Shown here: one piece after another, positions 6,962-14,623 of the stretch | Layout: every line of letters begins with the position of its first letter | Numbering within the stretch: position 1 is the stretch's first letter | Assembly: GCA_963812855.1 (NCBI GenBank) | Contig: CAWEWW010000011.1 | Coordinates: 196,028-220,027, forward strand | Reading direction: 5' to 3' | Origin: an uncultured Acidobacteriaceae bacterium | GTDB lineage: Bacteria > Acidobacteriota > Terriglobia > Terriglobales > Acidobacteriaceae | Length of the DNA stretch: 24,000 bases | The notes under the pieces: model-generated | The model's database searches: none | What the model was told of the DNA's origin: nothing | The model's input: the letters and a program-made list of their open reading frames with translations, nothing else | Translations under genes and position numbers: made by a program

Positions 6962-8354
6962 ATGTACTTCGAACAGTTCTACCTGGGATGTTTGGCGCAC
7001 GCATCGTATCTGTTGGGCTCGGAAGGCGAAGCTGTGGTCATCGATCCGCAGCGTGACGTAGAGATCTATCTGGAAGCCGCGCAAAAACAGAATTTGCAAA
7101 TCCGTCACATCTTTGAAACGCATTTGCACGCCGATTTCGTCTCCGGTCATAAAGAGCTGGCAGCCCGCACCGGCGCCACCATTTACATCGGCAAGCAGGC
7201 AGGCGCCACCTTTCCCCACATCGGGGTCCATGATGGTTTCATATTGCCGGTGGGCAAAATGCGCCTTCAGGTTCTGGAGACTCCCGGACATACTCCGGAA
7301 AGCTGCTGCCTGGTCGTCACCGACGAGGAGAAGTCGCAGCAGCCCTGGGCCGTTTTCACCGGCGACACCTTATTCATTGGCGATGTCGGACGGCCCGATC
7401 TCTCCAAGACCCACACTCCGCCGGAGCTGGCAGCCCTGATGCACGATTCCCTTCACCAAAAGTTGATGGCGCTGCCCGATGAAGTGCTGGTGTATCCCGC
7501 GCACGGGGCCGGTTCGCTGTGCGGCCGCAACATGCGGGCCGAGCGTTCGTCCACGATCGGCACCGAGCGCCTGACCAATTACGCGCTACAAATTAAGGGC
7601 CGCGACGAGTTCGTCCGCCAGATGACCTCCAACTTGCCGGCTCGTCCCGATTACTTCCTGGAAGACGCCGCCATCAATCGCGCCGGAGCCGCCAGCATGG
7701 CGGAGTTGCCGCAGCTGGTCGCCTATTTCTCCTGCCGAGTTGAAAGCCAGGTTGGAGGGTGGCGCGGTTGCCCTCGATGTTCGACCGTCCGAGCAGTTTG
7801 CCGCGGCACACGTGCCGGGGTCCATCAACATCGCGCTGTCGGGTCAGTTTGCTTCTTGGGCCGGAGCCGTTCTTGGGCTTTCGTCGCATCCGGTGCTTAT
7901 CGCCGACACTGCAGAGCAATTGTCTGAAGCGCGGACTCGCCTGGCGCGAGTCGGCATCGAAGACCTGCCCGGCTATCTCGAGGGCGGTGTCGAGGGATGG
8001 AAGCGCGCCGGATTTGAGGTCGCGCAGATCCAGCAGATGACGGTCGAGGAACTGAATCAGCGCCGGCAGCATCGCGACCTGCAGGTGCTGGATGTGCGCC
8101 GGCAGGGAGAGTGGGACGCCGGCCACCTTGCCGACGCAGACTGGTATCCCCTCGACCGCTTTAAGGCTGCGCTGCCATCTTTGGATCAGGGAGCGACAGT
8201 GGCCGTCCATTGCAAGAGCGGCTATCGCAGCATGATTGCCTGCGGTCTGCTGCAACGCGCAGGCTACAACGTGGTCAACGTAATCGGCGGATTCGATGCC
8301 TGGGAGCAGGCGCAGCTGCCGGTTATGTCGGGTGCCGCTGTGGGCGCGTCTTAA
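6962..8354 (+). pseudogene. Metallo-beta-lactamase-fold protein fused to two rhodanese domains (persulfide dioxygenase-sulfurtransferase, CstB/Blh-like). Frame interrupted once near 7724-7728
   Basis: ORF 6962..7927 has the HxHxD motif (ETHLHADFVSGH) and TPGHTPES. It is sensible up to ..AELPQLVAY and then becomes Arg/Cys-rich nonsense. The next phase, read upstream from ORF 7740..8354, gives (I)SPAELKARLEGGAVALDVRPSEQFAAAHVPGSINI (rhodanese 1, no Cys). It continues to LQVLDVRRQGEWDAGHLADA...VAVHCKSGYRS (rhodanese 2 with an active-site Cys loop). Joining the two requires skipping 1 nt at or near TTT 7726-7728, giving about 463 aa in total. Confidence 0.8.
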
Positions 8355-8490
8355 CCTTCAGCTGTGACCTAAGTCATTTCGCCAATCGCACTGTCCTGTT
8401 CAGATATGACAACAGGCTGCAGGGGACGCTTTGCCCAATCGGCAGAGTATCGCTTCTGTTCCCGGCGGCCTGACCAGGAGACGACCAGCT

Positions 8491-8733
8491 ATGGCCGAAA
8501 TTCACTGTCCGGGACAAGATTTGCGTTATTGGAAGCTCGACGATATTTACGAACTCGACTGTGTTCACTGCGGCGCGCGAATCGAATTTTTCAAAGATGA
8601 CCCGCGCCGGCTTTGTAAAGCGTGTGGAAAGAGGATGCTGAACCCGCGCAACGATATGTCATGCGCGCAATGGTGCAAGTTCGCGAAAGAATGTTTGGCC
8701 AGCCTGGGCGCCGATCCGCCGGAGCATGATTAG
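8491..8733 (+). CDS. Small cysteine-rich (8 Cys) putative zinc-ribbon / metal-binding protein, 80 aa
   Basis: The sequence is MAEIHCPGQDLRYWKLDDIYELDCVHCGARIEFFKDDPRRLCKACGKRMLNPRNDMSCAQWCKFAKECL. It has two CxxC pairs (C24/C27, C42/C45) plus C6, C58, C62 and C68. AGGAG at 8476-8480 lies 10 nt before ATG 8491. Confidence 0.6.
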   Translation: MAEIHCPGQDLRYWKLDDIYELDCVHCGARIEFFKDDPRRLCKACGKRMLNPRNDMSCAQWCKFAKECLASLGADPPEHD

Positions 8734-8797
8734 GGTAGCGCTGTAGGAATAGCGATGGGATTACCTCATGGAGCCCATGTTCCGGGCACCGTCGAGC

Positions 8798-9353
8798 CTA
8801 GAACATAAATGGCAGAAGCGCTTTGACCCGAGCCTTATAGGCGGGATACTCGTCGGGAAAGTGACTCAGGAGGAGATTTTCTTCCTGCTTCAGCTTGATC
8901 CAGAAGCCAATGAAGAAAAGCAAGAGTCCCACGAAGGCAACCAGCAAGCCGGACGCAACAGCGGTGCCCAGCCCCATGAGCAGATGGCTGGTGTAAATGG
9001 GATGACGCACGAATCGATACGGGCCGCGTTCCACAAGTTTGTGCCCCTGTTTCAACTCGACGTCTCTGCTCCAATCGCTCCCAAGCGTTTTGCGCGACCA
9101 GATGGCCGCGAACAGGCCTGCGGCACAGATCACTACCCCCAAATACTCAGTGCTAACGATATGCGGTATCACCGCATGCCAACCGGATGCACCCATGCCG
9201 CAACCAGCAGGATGTAGCCCAGCCAAACTGGCACCCGGGCCTACCTGCCGGACCAGCTTTGGCCTCAGCCACGGGCTTGCTCGAGCGGGCGCTGATATTC
9301 CAATACAGGATAAGCAGAACCCAGCAAGCGAGTATCAATAGTCCGGGCAACAT
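8798..9353 (-). pseudogene. Isoprenylcysteine carboxyl methyltransferase (ICMT/PEMT) family membrane methyltransferase. The N- and C-terminal parts are in different frames
   Basis: The C-terminal ORF 8798..9226 carries IWSRKTLGSDWS...LVERGPYRFVRHPIYTSHLLMGLG...KQEENLLLSHFPDEYPAYKARVKALLPFMF, the ICMT-family core. The N-terminal TM1 (MLPGLLILACWVLLILYWNISARSSKPVAEAK) is in ORF 9153..9353, a different phase. A third phase between the stops at 9241-9243 and 9169-9171 reads ARVPVWLGYILLVAAWVHPVG, a plausible TM2. Confidence 0.72.
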
Positions 9354-9438
9354 AAATCAGACCACGTCCCCAGGCATTTTATCCGGCAACTCTGACCTGC
9401 CGGCCGCAAAATCCGTGAGCCCGAGGACGGTTATTTCT

Positions 9439-10488
9439 TCAATACCCGTGCTCGCCGCCTTCTTCCAGCTTCACCTTGCCGCGAAACATGCGGTAGACAA
9501 AGACGAAATACCCGGCTGCCAGTATCATGCCGATCGTCCACCACACCAGGCCCACGCTCAATCCATGGGCGCCGGCGGCGCTGTTAGAAATAGTCAGGTT
9601 GTATTGCGAGCCGGTGCTGGCCGGCAGCACGTTGGGGTAGAGCGCGAAGACCGCTCCCACCAGCATGGCGATGATGTAAGTACAGGACGCCAGGAATGCT
9701 CCCTTTTCGTTTCGGCGCGAGTGCGCGAAGTACATGAATATCAGGCTGCCGATTACCACCGCGGGCACCAGATATCCGATCGGCCAGCGGGTGTAATTCT
9801 CCAGAATGTGGGGAACCGCGTACACGGTCGCGATCAGGCTGAAGATGGTCAGCAGCACCTGCACTGGCCATAACCACGACGCCACATTGCGCGCCCGCTG
9901 GTTCAACTCGCCCTCGGTCTTGGTCGCCAGATACAGCGATCCATGAACCACCAGCGTTACCAGCGCGACTACGCCGCACATCACCGTGTACCAGTCGAGG
10001 ATGCCGTTTTGCGCTCCCACGCGCCAGTTCGTCCAGAGAGCTTCAAAGAAATAGCCGTCAGGATTGAGCGGCACCCCGCGAACCACGTTGCCCAAGGCCG
10101 CACCGAAGAAGATGGCCAGCAGAATACTCGACACGCCAAAGATGGTGTCGAAGAAGCCTTTCCAGACTTGCTCCTGGATGTGGGTGCGAAATTCGATGCC
10201 GATAGCGCGCAGCATTAGCAGCCACAACACCATCATCAGCGGCAGATAAAATCCGCTGAAGCCCGACGCGTAGAGTTGGGGAAAAGCGAAGTACAGGGTT
10301 CCGCCCGCGGCCAGCAGCCACACTTCATTGCCATCCCATACCGGACCGATAGCGCGAATCACCATGCGTCGCTCCTGGTCGGTTTTCGCAATGAAAAGAT
10401 GGACTGCGCCTGCGCCCAGGTCGAAGCCGTCGAGGACCACATAGATGGCGACCATCACTGCCACAATCATGAACCAGATCGTTGCCAT
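9439..10488 (-). CDS. cydB: Cytochrome bd ubiquinol oxidase subunit II
   Basis: The N-terminus reads MATIWFMIVAVMVAIYVVLDGFDLGAG...AIGPVWDGNEVWLLAAGG, the canonical CydB N-terminus. The ATG lies 2 nt after the cydA stop. Confidence 0.95.
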   Translation of the reverse strand: MATIWFMIVAVMVAIYVVLDGFDLGAGAVHLFIAKTDQERRMVIRAIGPVWDGNEVWLLAAGGTLYFAFPQLYASGFSGFYLPLMMVLWLLMLRAIGIEFRTHIQEQVWKGFFDTIFGVSSILLAIFFGAALGNVVRGVPLNPDGYFFEALWTNWRVGAQNGILDWYTVMCGVVALVTLVVHGSLYLATKTEGELNQRARNVASWLWPVQVLLTIFSLIATVYAVPHILENYTRWPIGYLVPAVVIGSLIFMYFAHSRRNEKGAFLASCTYIIAMLVGAVFALYPNVLPASTGSQYNLTISNSAAGAHGLSVGLVWWTIGMILAAGYFVFVYRMFRGKVKLEEGGEHGY

Positions 10489-10490
10489 GG

Positions 10491-11873
10491 CTAGCGCACC
10501 TCCACAGAAGTCAGTTGGGCCGCATCGATCTGCCGGCGCAAGTCCGGCGGCAGCGTCGGCTCGGGCCCGTGCTCGATCTCGCGCCGCACCAGGAAGAGGA
10601 ATAGCACCGAAAGTAGGGTGTACATTCCCAGGAAGCCCAGGAAGCTGAACCAGGCATTACCCGCCGACACCATCTTTGAGTAGCCGTCTACCGTGCGCAG
10701 CAGGCCATAGACCAGCCAAGGCTGACGGCCGATTTCGGCTGTCATCCATCCCGCCGTGTTGGCGATGTAGGGAAACGGAAACGCCAGTAGCAGGATCCAC
10801 AGCATCCAGCGCGCCTCGTAAAGCTTCCTGCGCCATAAGAGAAATGTGGCCAGCGCAGTGATCGCGATGAAGATGGTCCCCAGCCCCACCATGATGTGGT
10901 AGGCGTAGTACAGCAGCGGAATGTTCTCCGGCCAATCTTGTTTGGGGACCGCGTTCAGCCCTTTGACCTCGGCACTCCAGCTTCTCCAGGTAAGAAAGCT
11001 CAGCATCTTGGGAACCACGATGGGATTATCGATCTTCTGCGCGACCACATCCGGCTGCCCGAGGATGACCAGCGGTGCGCCCGGCTGCGTCTCCCACAGC
11101 GCCTCCATCGCGGCCAGTGTGACCGGTTGATTGCGGGCCAGCATGCGGCCCTGGGCGTCGCCGGTGGGAATAATCTGAACTACGCTGACGAACAGCGCCA
11201 CGATCACGCCCACCCGTACGAAGATGCGTCCCTGATCGACATGCTTCTGGCTGAGCAGATAGAAGGCGCCGACGGCCGTCATTACGAACGTTCCGGTGAT
11301 AACCGCGCCGCTCATGTTATGCGCGTACTGCCACAAGGCCCAGGGATTCAGCACCAGTTGCCAGAAGCTGCTCAGCTGCACCGAGCCATCGGCCACCCGC
11401 TCATAGCCCACCGGATGCTGCATCCAGGCGTCGGTGGCAATGATGAAGTATCCCGACAGCCATGAGCCCAGGAAGACCATCACGGCCGAGAACCAATGCA
11501 TGCTTTTGGTCAGACGCTTCTCGCCGTACAGAAAGAGTCCCAGAAACGTCGACTCCAGGAAAAAGGCGAACAGGCCTTCCATGGCCAGCGTCTGGCCAAT
11601 CACGCCTCCGGCAAAGCGCGAGAAGTGCGACCAGTTGGTGCCAAACTGAAATTCCATGGGAATTCCAGTCACCACGCCGATCACGAAGTTGATGCCAAAG
11701 ATCTTGGCCCAGAAGCGGGCCGCGGCGTCGTAACGATCGTCTTTGGTCTTAAGCGCTAGCGTCTTCAGGATCACGATCAACGGCGCCAGTCCCATGGTCA
11801 ACTGTGGAAACAGGTAGTGATAGGTCACCGTGAAGGCGAAGTGCAGCCGGTGAATTAAGAGTGCGCTATCCAT
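10491..11873 (-). CDS. cydA: Cytochrome bd ubiquinol oxidase subunit I
   Basis: The sequence has MDSALLIHRLHFAFTVTYHYLFPQLTMGL, then ..MEFQFGTNW.. and ..EIGRQPWLVYGLLRT. The start was set at ATG 11873 (GAGG about 8 nt upstream); the track ORF extends 11 codons further. Confidence 0.95.
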   Translation of the reverse strand: MDSALLIHRLHFAFTVTYHYLFPQLTMGLAPLIVILKTLALKTKDDRYDAAARFWAKIFGINFVIGVVTGIPMEFQFGTNWSHFSRFAGGVIGQTLAMEGLFAFFLESTFLGLFLYGEKRLTKSMHWFSAVMVFLGSWLSGYFIIATDAWMQHPVGYERVADGSVQLSSFWQLVLNPWALWQYAHNMSGAVITGTFVMTAVGAFYLLSQKHVDQGRIFVRVGVIVALFVSVVQIIPTGDAQGRMLARNQPVTLAAMEALWETQPGAPLVILGQPDVVAQKIDNPIVVPKMLSFLTWRSWSAEVKGLNAVPKQDWPENIPLLYYAYHIMVGLGTIFIAITALATFLLWRRKLYEARWMLWILLLAFPFPYIANTAGWMTAEIGRQPWLVYGLLRTVDGYSKMVSAGNAWFSFLGFLGMYTLLSVLFLFLVRREIEHGPEPTLPPDLRRQIDAAQLTSVEVR

Positions 11874-11985
11874 GCTTGGTCCTCGGATGAAAACACTGCC
11901 CCCCAAGATGGGACGGCGGGCAGACGGGCTCGACGGTTTGCACCGGCAGCATTGCAGTTATGGTAGCGGTCAGGGCGAACAGCAA

Positions 11986-12005
11986 GCTGTGACCGACATC
12001 ACAGC
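11986..12005. promoter_or_regulatory. Perfect CRP/FNR-family type palindrome GCTGTGA-N6-TCACAGC in the cydA / secreted-protein divergent intergenic region
   Basis: gctgtgaccgacatcacagc contains TGTGA (11988-11992), a 6-nt spacer and TCACA (11999-12003), which is the CRP-type consensus half-sites with 7-bp perfect arms. It abuts a possible minus-strand -35/-10 pair: TTGCTG (reverse complement of 11980-11985), 17 nt, CATAAC (reverse complement of 11957-11962). Confidence 0.5.
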
Positions 12006-12107
12006 GGGCTGTGCGTGATACCCTCCGCCCCCGCAGCCGGGTCCGACTCTCTATCCGCTTTGGGTCTAAACTAAGGACGATGCGTCTGCACTCTTCCCGG
12101 CGGACTT

Positions 12108-13007
12108 TTGGCTCTGCTCCTCGGCCTGATCGCCATACTGCCACCGCTTTCCTTGGCAGCTCACGCCCAACAGCGCTCCCTGCGGCTGATCTTGAAGGAC
12201 GGCTCCTACCAGTCGGTGGTGAAGTACGAGATGCAAGGCGATCGGGTGCACTACCTGAGCGCGGAACGCTACGAGTGGGAGGACGTTCCGGCGTCGCTGA
12301 TCGATTGGGACGCGACCAACAAGTACAACAACGAACTCAGCAGCGGCAAACTGCACACCCTGGTGGAAACTCCGGAAGAGAAGGAAGAACGCGAAAAAGA
12401 AGAGGCCAACTCTCCGCAGATCGCACCGGGCCTGAAGCTGCCCGGCACCGGAGGCGTGTTTCTGTTCGACCAGTTTCAAGGCAAGCCCGAATTGGCCGAG
12501 ATTGTGCAAAACGGCAGTGAACTGAACAAGGCTGGAAAGAAGAAGAGCGTGCTGCGGTCGGCGATCAACCCGCTGGCGAGTACGAAACAGGCCTTCGAGA
12601 TCAAGGGTGACCACGCGCAAATTCAATCGCACGTGGCGCGGCCCACCCTCTACATCGACATTGACGAAGGTCCGAGAACTGATATCGCGCCCGCCGATCG
12701 ATTCCGTTTGGTCAGGACCGAGGTGAAAAAGGATGCGCGGGTCGTGGGAGGCGTAAAGGTCAGCGTCAGCGGCAAAGTCACCGAGCAGCAGAACCTGGCT
12801 ATTCCTATCGACGTTAGCAAACTGGGGACGGGCGAGTGGCTGAAGCTGGTTCCCAAGCAGGATCTGGCGCCGGGTGAGTATGCGGTGGTCGAGATGCTAA
12901 GTCCGGAGGAAATGAATCTCTATGTCTGGGATTTTGGGGTAAATCCCAATGCGCCGGTCAATCCCAATACCTGGCAACCGGTCAGCAAGACAGCGAGCAG
13001 CAATTAG
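12108..13007 (+). CDS. Secreted hypothetical protein (signal peptide ..LPPLSLAAHA|QQ). The 5' end is ambiguous
   Basis: 299-aa ORF beginning at TTG 12108 with an h-region ALLLGLIAILPPLSLAAHA, a Glu/Lys-rich linker (ETPEEKEEREKEEANSP) and a beta-rich C-terminal part. ATG 12080 (MRLHSSRRTF), with AAGGA just upstream, lies in the adjacent phase and would supply the missing positive n-region. Confidence 0.6.
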   Translation: MALLLGLIAILPPLSLAAHAQQRSLRLILKDGSYQSVVKYEMQGDRVHYLSAERYEWEDVPASLIDWDATNKYNNELSSGKLHTLVETPEEKEEREKEEANSPQIAPGLKLPGTGGVFLFDQFQGKPELAEIVQNGSELNKAGKKKSVLRSAINPLASTKQAFEIKGDHAQIQSHVARPTLYIDIDEGPRTDIAPADRFRLVRTEVKKDARVVGGVKVSVSGKVTEQQNLAIPIDVSKLGTGEWLKLVPKQDLAPGEYAVVEMLSPEEMNLYVWDFGVNPNAPVNPNTWQPVSKTASSN

Positions 13008-13055
13008 CAGTTGGCGATTTGGCGGTTAGAAGCGCGGGCTCGGGACCACGATATC

Positions 13056-14114
13056 CTATTGCTCCCCCGTGCCCACCAGACCCTGTCCGGCAACGGCGAT
13101 GTTGTCGCGTCCGGCCTGCTTGACCTGATACATCAGCTCATCGGCCCGATGCACCATGGCCTGCGGGGTGGTGGCGTCGGCCGGATAGCAGGCAATGCCA
13201 ATGCTGGCCCGCAGCCGCAGCGAGAATCCCTGCCCCGCCAGCCACTCTTTCGTGCGGAACATACTCATCAGGCGGCGCGCCACCAGCAGAGCAGCCTCTT
13301 TTCCGGTCTGTGGCAGCAGAATCGCGAACTCATCGCCGCCGTAACGGAAAGCGGCGTCCACCAGACGCAAATTTTCCCGCAGACAAAGTCCCACCTGCCC
13401 CAGCAGTTTGCTGCCAATCAGGTGTCCGTATTCGTCATTCACGCCCTTGAAGTGGTCGAGATCGAGGAACAGCAGGCTGAACTCGTAGCCGAAGCGTTCG
13501 GAGCGGTGCAATTCCTCCGACAGCACGGTAAACAAGTGGCGGGCGTTGTACAGTCCGGTGCAGTCGTCGGTGATGCTCAGTTCTTGAATGCGATTGACCG
13601 CGCGGGCGTTTTCGATGGCAATGGCGGCATAGTCGGCCAGCGCCTGCAGCAGCATCTCGCTGGGCTTGTAAACCTGCATATCGATGTTGACCAGCTGCAT
13701 GATGCCCAGCACCTTGCCCCCGGTCCGCACCGGCATGCATACCACCGAGGTCGGAGCAGCGAAGAAGTCGTCCTTGGTCGAGGGCTCAATCCGCTCGTCC
13801 TGGTTTACGTCCTGAATGACCAGCGGTTCCCCATGCTCAATCACCCAGCGGGCCAGGCTCTCGCCGGTCTTGAACTTCAGCGCATTGACGCTCTCGCATC
13901 CCTTGCCCACGGCTACCGTGTAGTACAGGTCCTCGCTGCTCTCATCCAGCATGAGCAGCGACCAGGTGGCCGGCTTAAAGTAAGCCGCCATCTTCTCCAG
14001 AATGGTTTGCAGGATGGTGTCGAGGTCCAGCGACGATGTAAGCGCTTTGGCAACATCGTGGAAGATCTTTAGTTCGTACGACTGGCGATCTTTGTCAGTG
14101 GCTGCGAACGTCAT
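13056..14114 (-). CDS. GAF domain-containing diguanylate cyclase (GGDEF) with an intact RxxD I-site
   Basis: The N-terminal GAF-like part reads LDLDTILQTILEKMAAYFKPATWSLLMLDE...VCMPVRTGGKVLGIMQLVN. The GGDEF domain reads TDDCTGLYNARHL...LFLDLDHFKGVNDEYGH...RLVDAAFRYGGDEFAILLP. The RLVD motif lies 5 residues before GGDEF. The start is ATG 14114 or GTG 14132. Confidence 0.9.
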   Translation of the reverse strand: MTFAATDKDRQSYELKIFHDVAKALTSSLDLDTILQTILEKMAAYFKPATWSLLMLDESSEDLYYTVAVGKGCESVNALKFKTGESLARWVIEHGEPLVIQDVNQDERIEPSTKDDFFAAPTSVVCMPVRTGGKVLGIMQLVNIDMQVYKPSEMLLQALADYAAIAIENARAVNRIQELSITDDCTGLYNARHLFTVLSEELHRSERFGYEFSLLFLDLDHFKGVNDEYGHLIGSKLLGQVGLCLRENLRLVDAAFRYGGDEFAILLPQTGKEAALLVARRLMSMFRTKEWLAGQGFSLRLRASIGIACYPADATTPQAMVHRADELMYQVKQAGRDNIAVAGQGLVGTGEQ

Positions 14115-14367
14115 GCAAGGACCCGGGCGCACAAGTCGTATGCTTGGGCAAAGCGACGAGAGCCGCTACCGCATGGCCCCTGATCGCAAACGGATAGACG
14201 GTTACGGCTTGCAAATCACCCTAATATTACAGAAAAACCGCCTCTCAAGCCATCGCTTCGCGTTGATCTCTTTTGAAGCTGCTTTTGGCTACAACCTCGC
14301 CGGAGCCGCCAGTCAGCCCTAAGCGCCTGGCCGGGCAACTTTCTCAGCCCTCGATTACAGTAGGGTC

Positions 14368-14568
14368 ATGGACCTGACGATCAATGGCGAGGAAAAGAGT
14401 TTTGCCAATTCGCTGTCTCTGGCCCAACTGGTCGAGCAGCTGGGCATGAAAGAGGATCGCGTGGCGGTCGAGCTGAACCGCGAGATCGTGCCCCGCGACC
14501 GCTGGGCCGACACGTCGCTAAAGGACGGCGATCGTCTCGAGATCGTGCACTTTGTCGGCGGCGGCTAG
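14368..14568 (+). CDS. thiS: ThiS/MoaD-family sulfur carrier protein (66 aa, C-terminal GG)
   Basis: The sequence is [66 protein letters not shown]. The length, the NGE start and the VxFVGGG end match the ThiS pattern. Confidence 0.85.
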   Translation: MDLTINGEEKSFANSLSLAQLVEQLGMKEDRVAVELNREIVPRDRWADTSLKDGDRLEIVHFVGGG

Positions 14569-14623
14569 GGCCTCGCGGGATTCCGATCACACGCCGCGAC
14601 CGTTCTTGTGACCGGCCAGCCTG

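Noticed and set aside
9354-9438. cydX-like mini-ORF or intrinsic terminator downstream of cydB
   Set aside because: There is no short hydrophobic ORF with a start and SD. The CCGGCA...TGCCGG hairpin (9383-9403) has only a 6-7-bp stem and no U-tract on the minus-strand transcript, so it is not convincing as a terminator.
13011-14072. 353-aa plus-strand ORF
   Set aside because: It is entirely antisense to the GAF-GGDEF gene, whose minus-strand translation has unmistakable motifs. The plus-strand product is low-complexity (Q/H/G/L-rich), as expected for an open antisense frame in high-GC DNA.
14133-14367. Expected TPP riboswitch upstream of thiS
   Set aside because: I looked for the conserved CUGAGA and downstream pyrophosphate-sensor helix sequences on the plus strand and did not find them.
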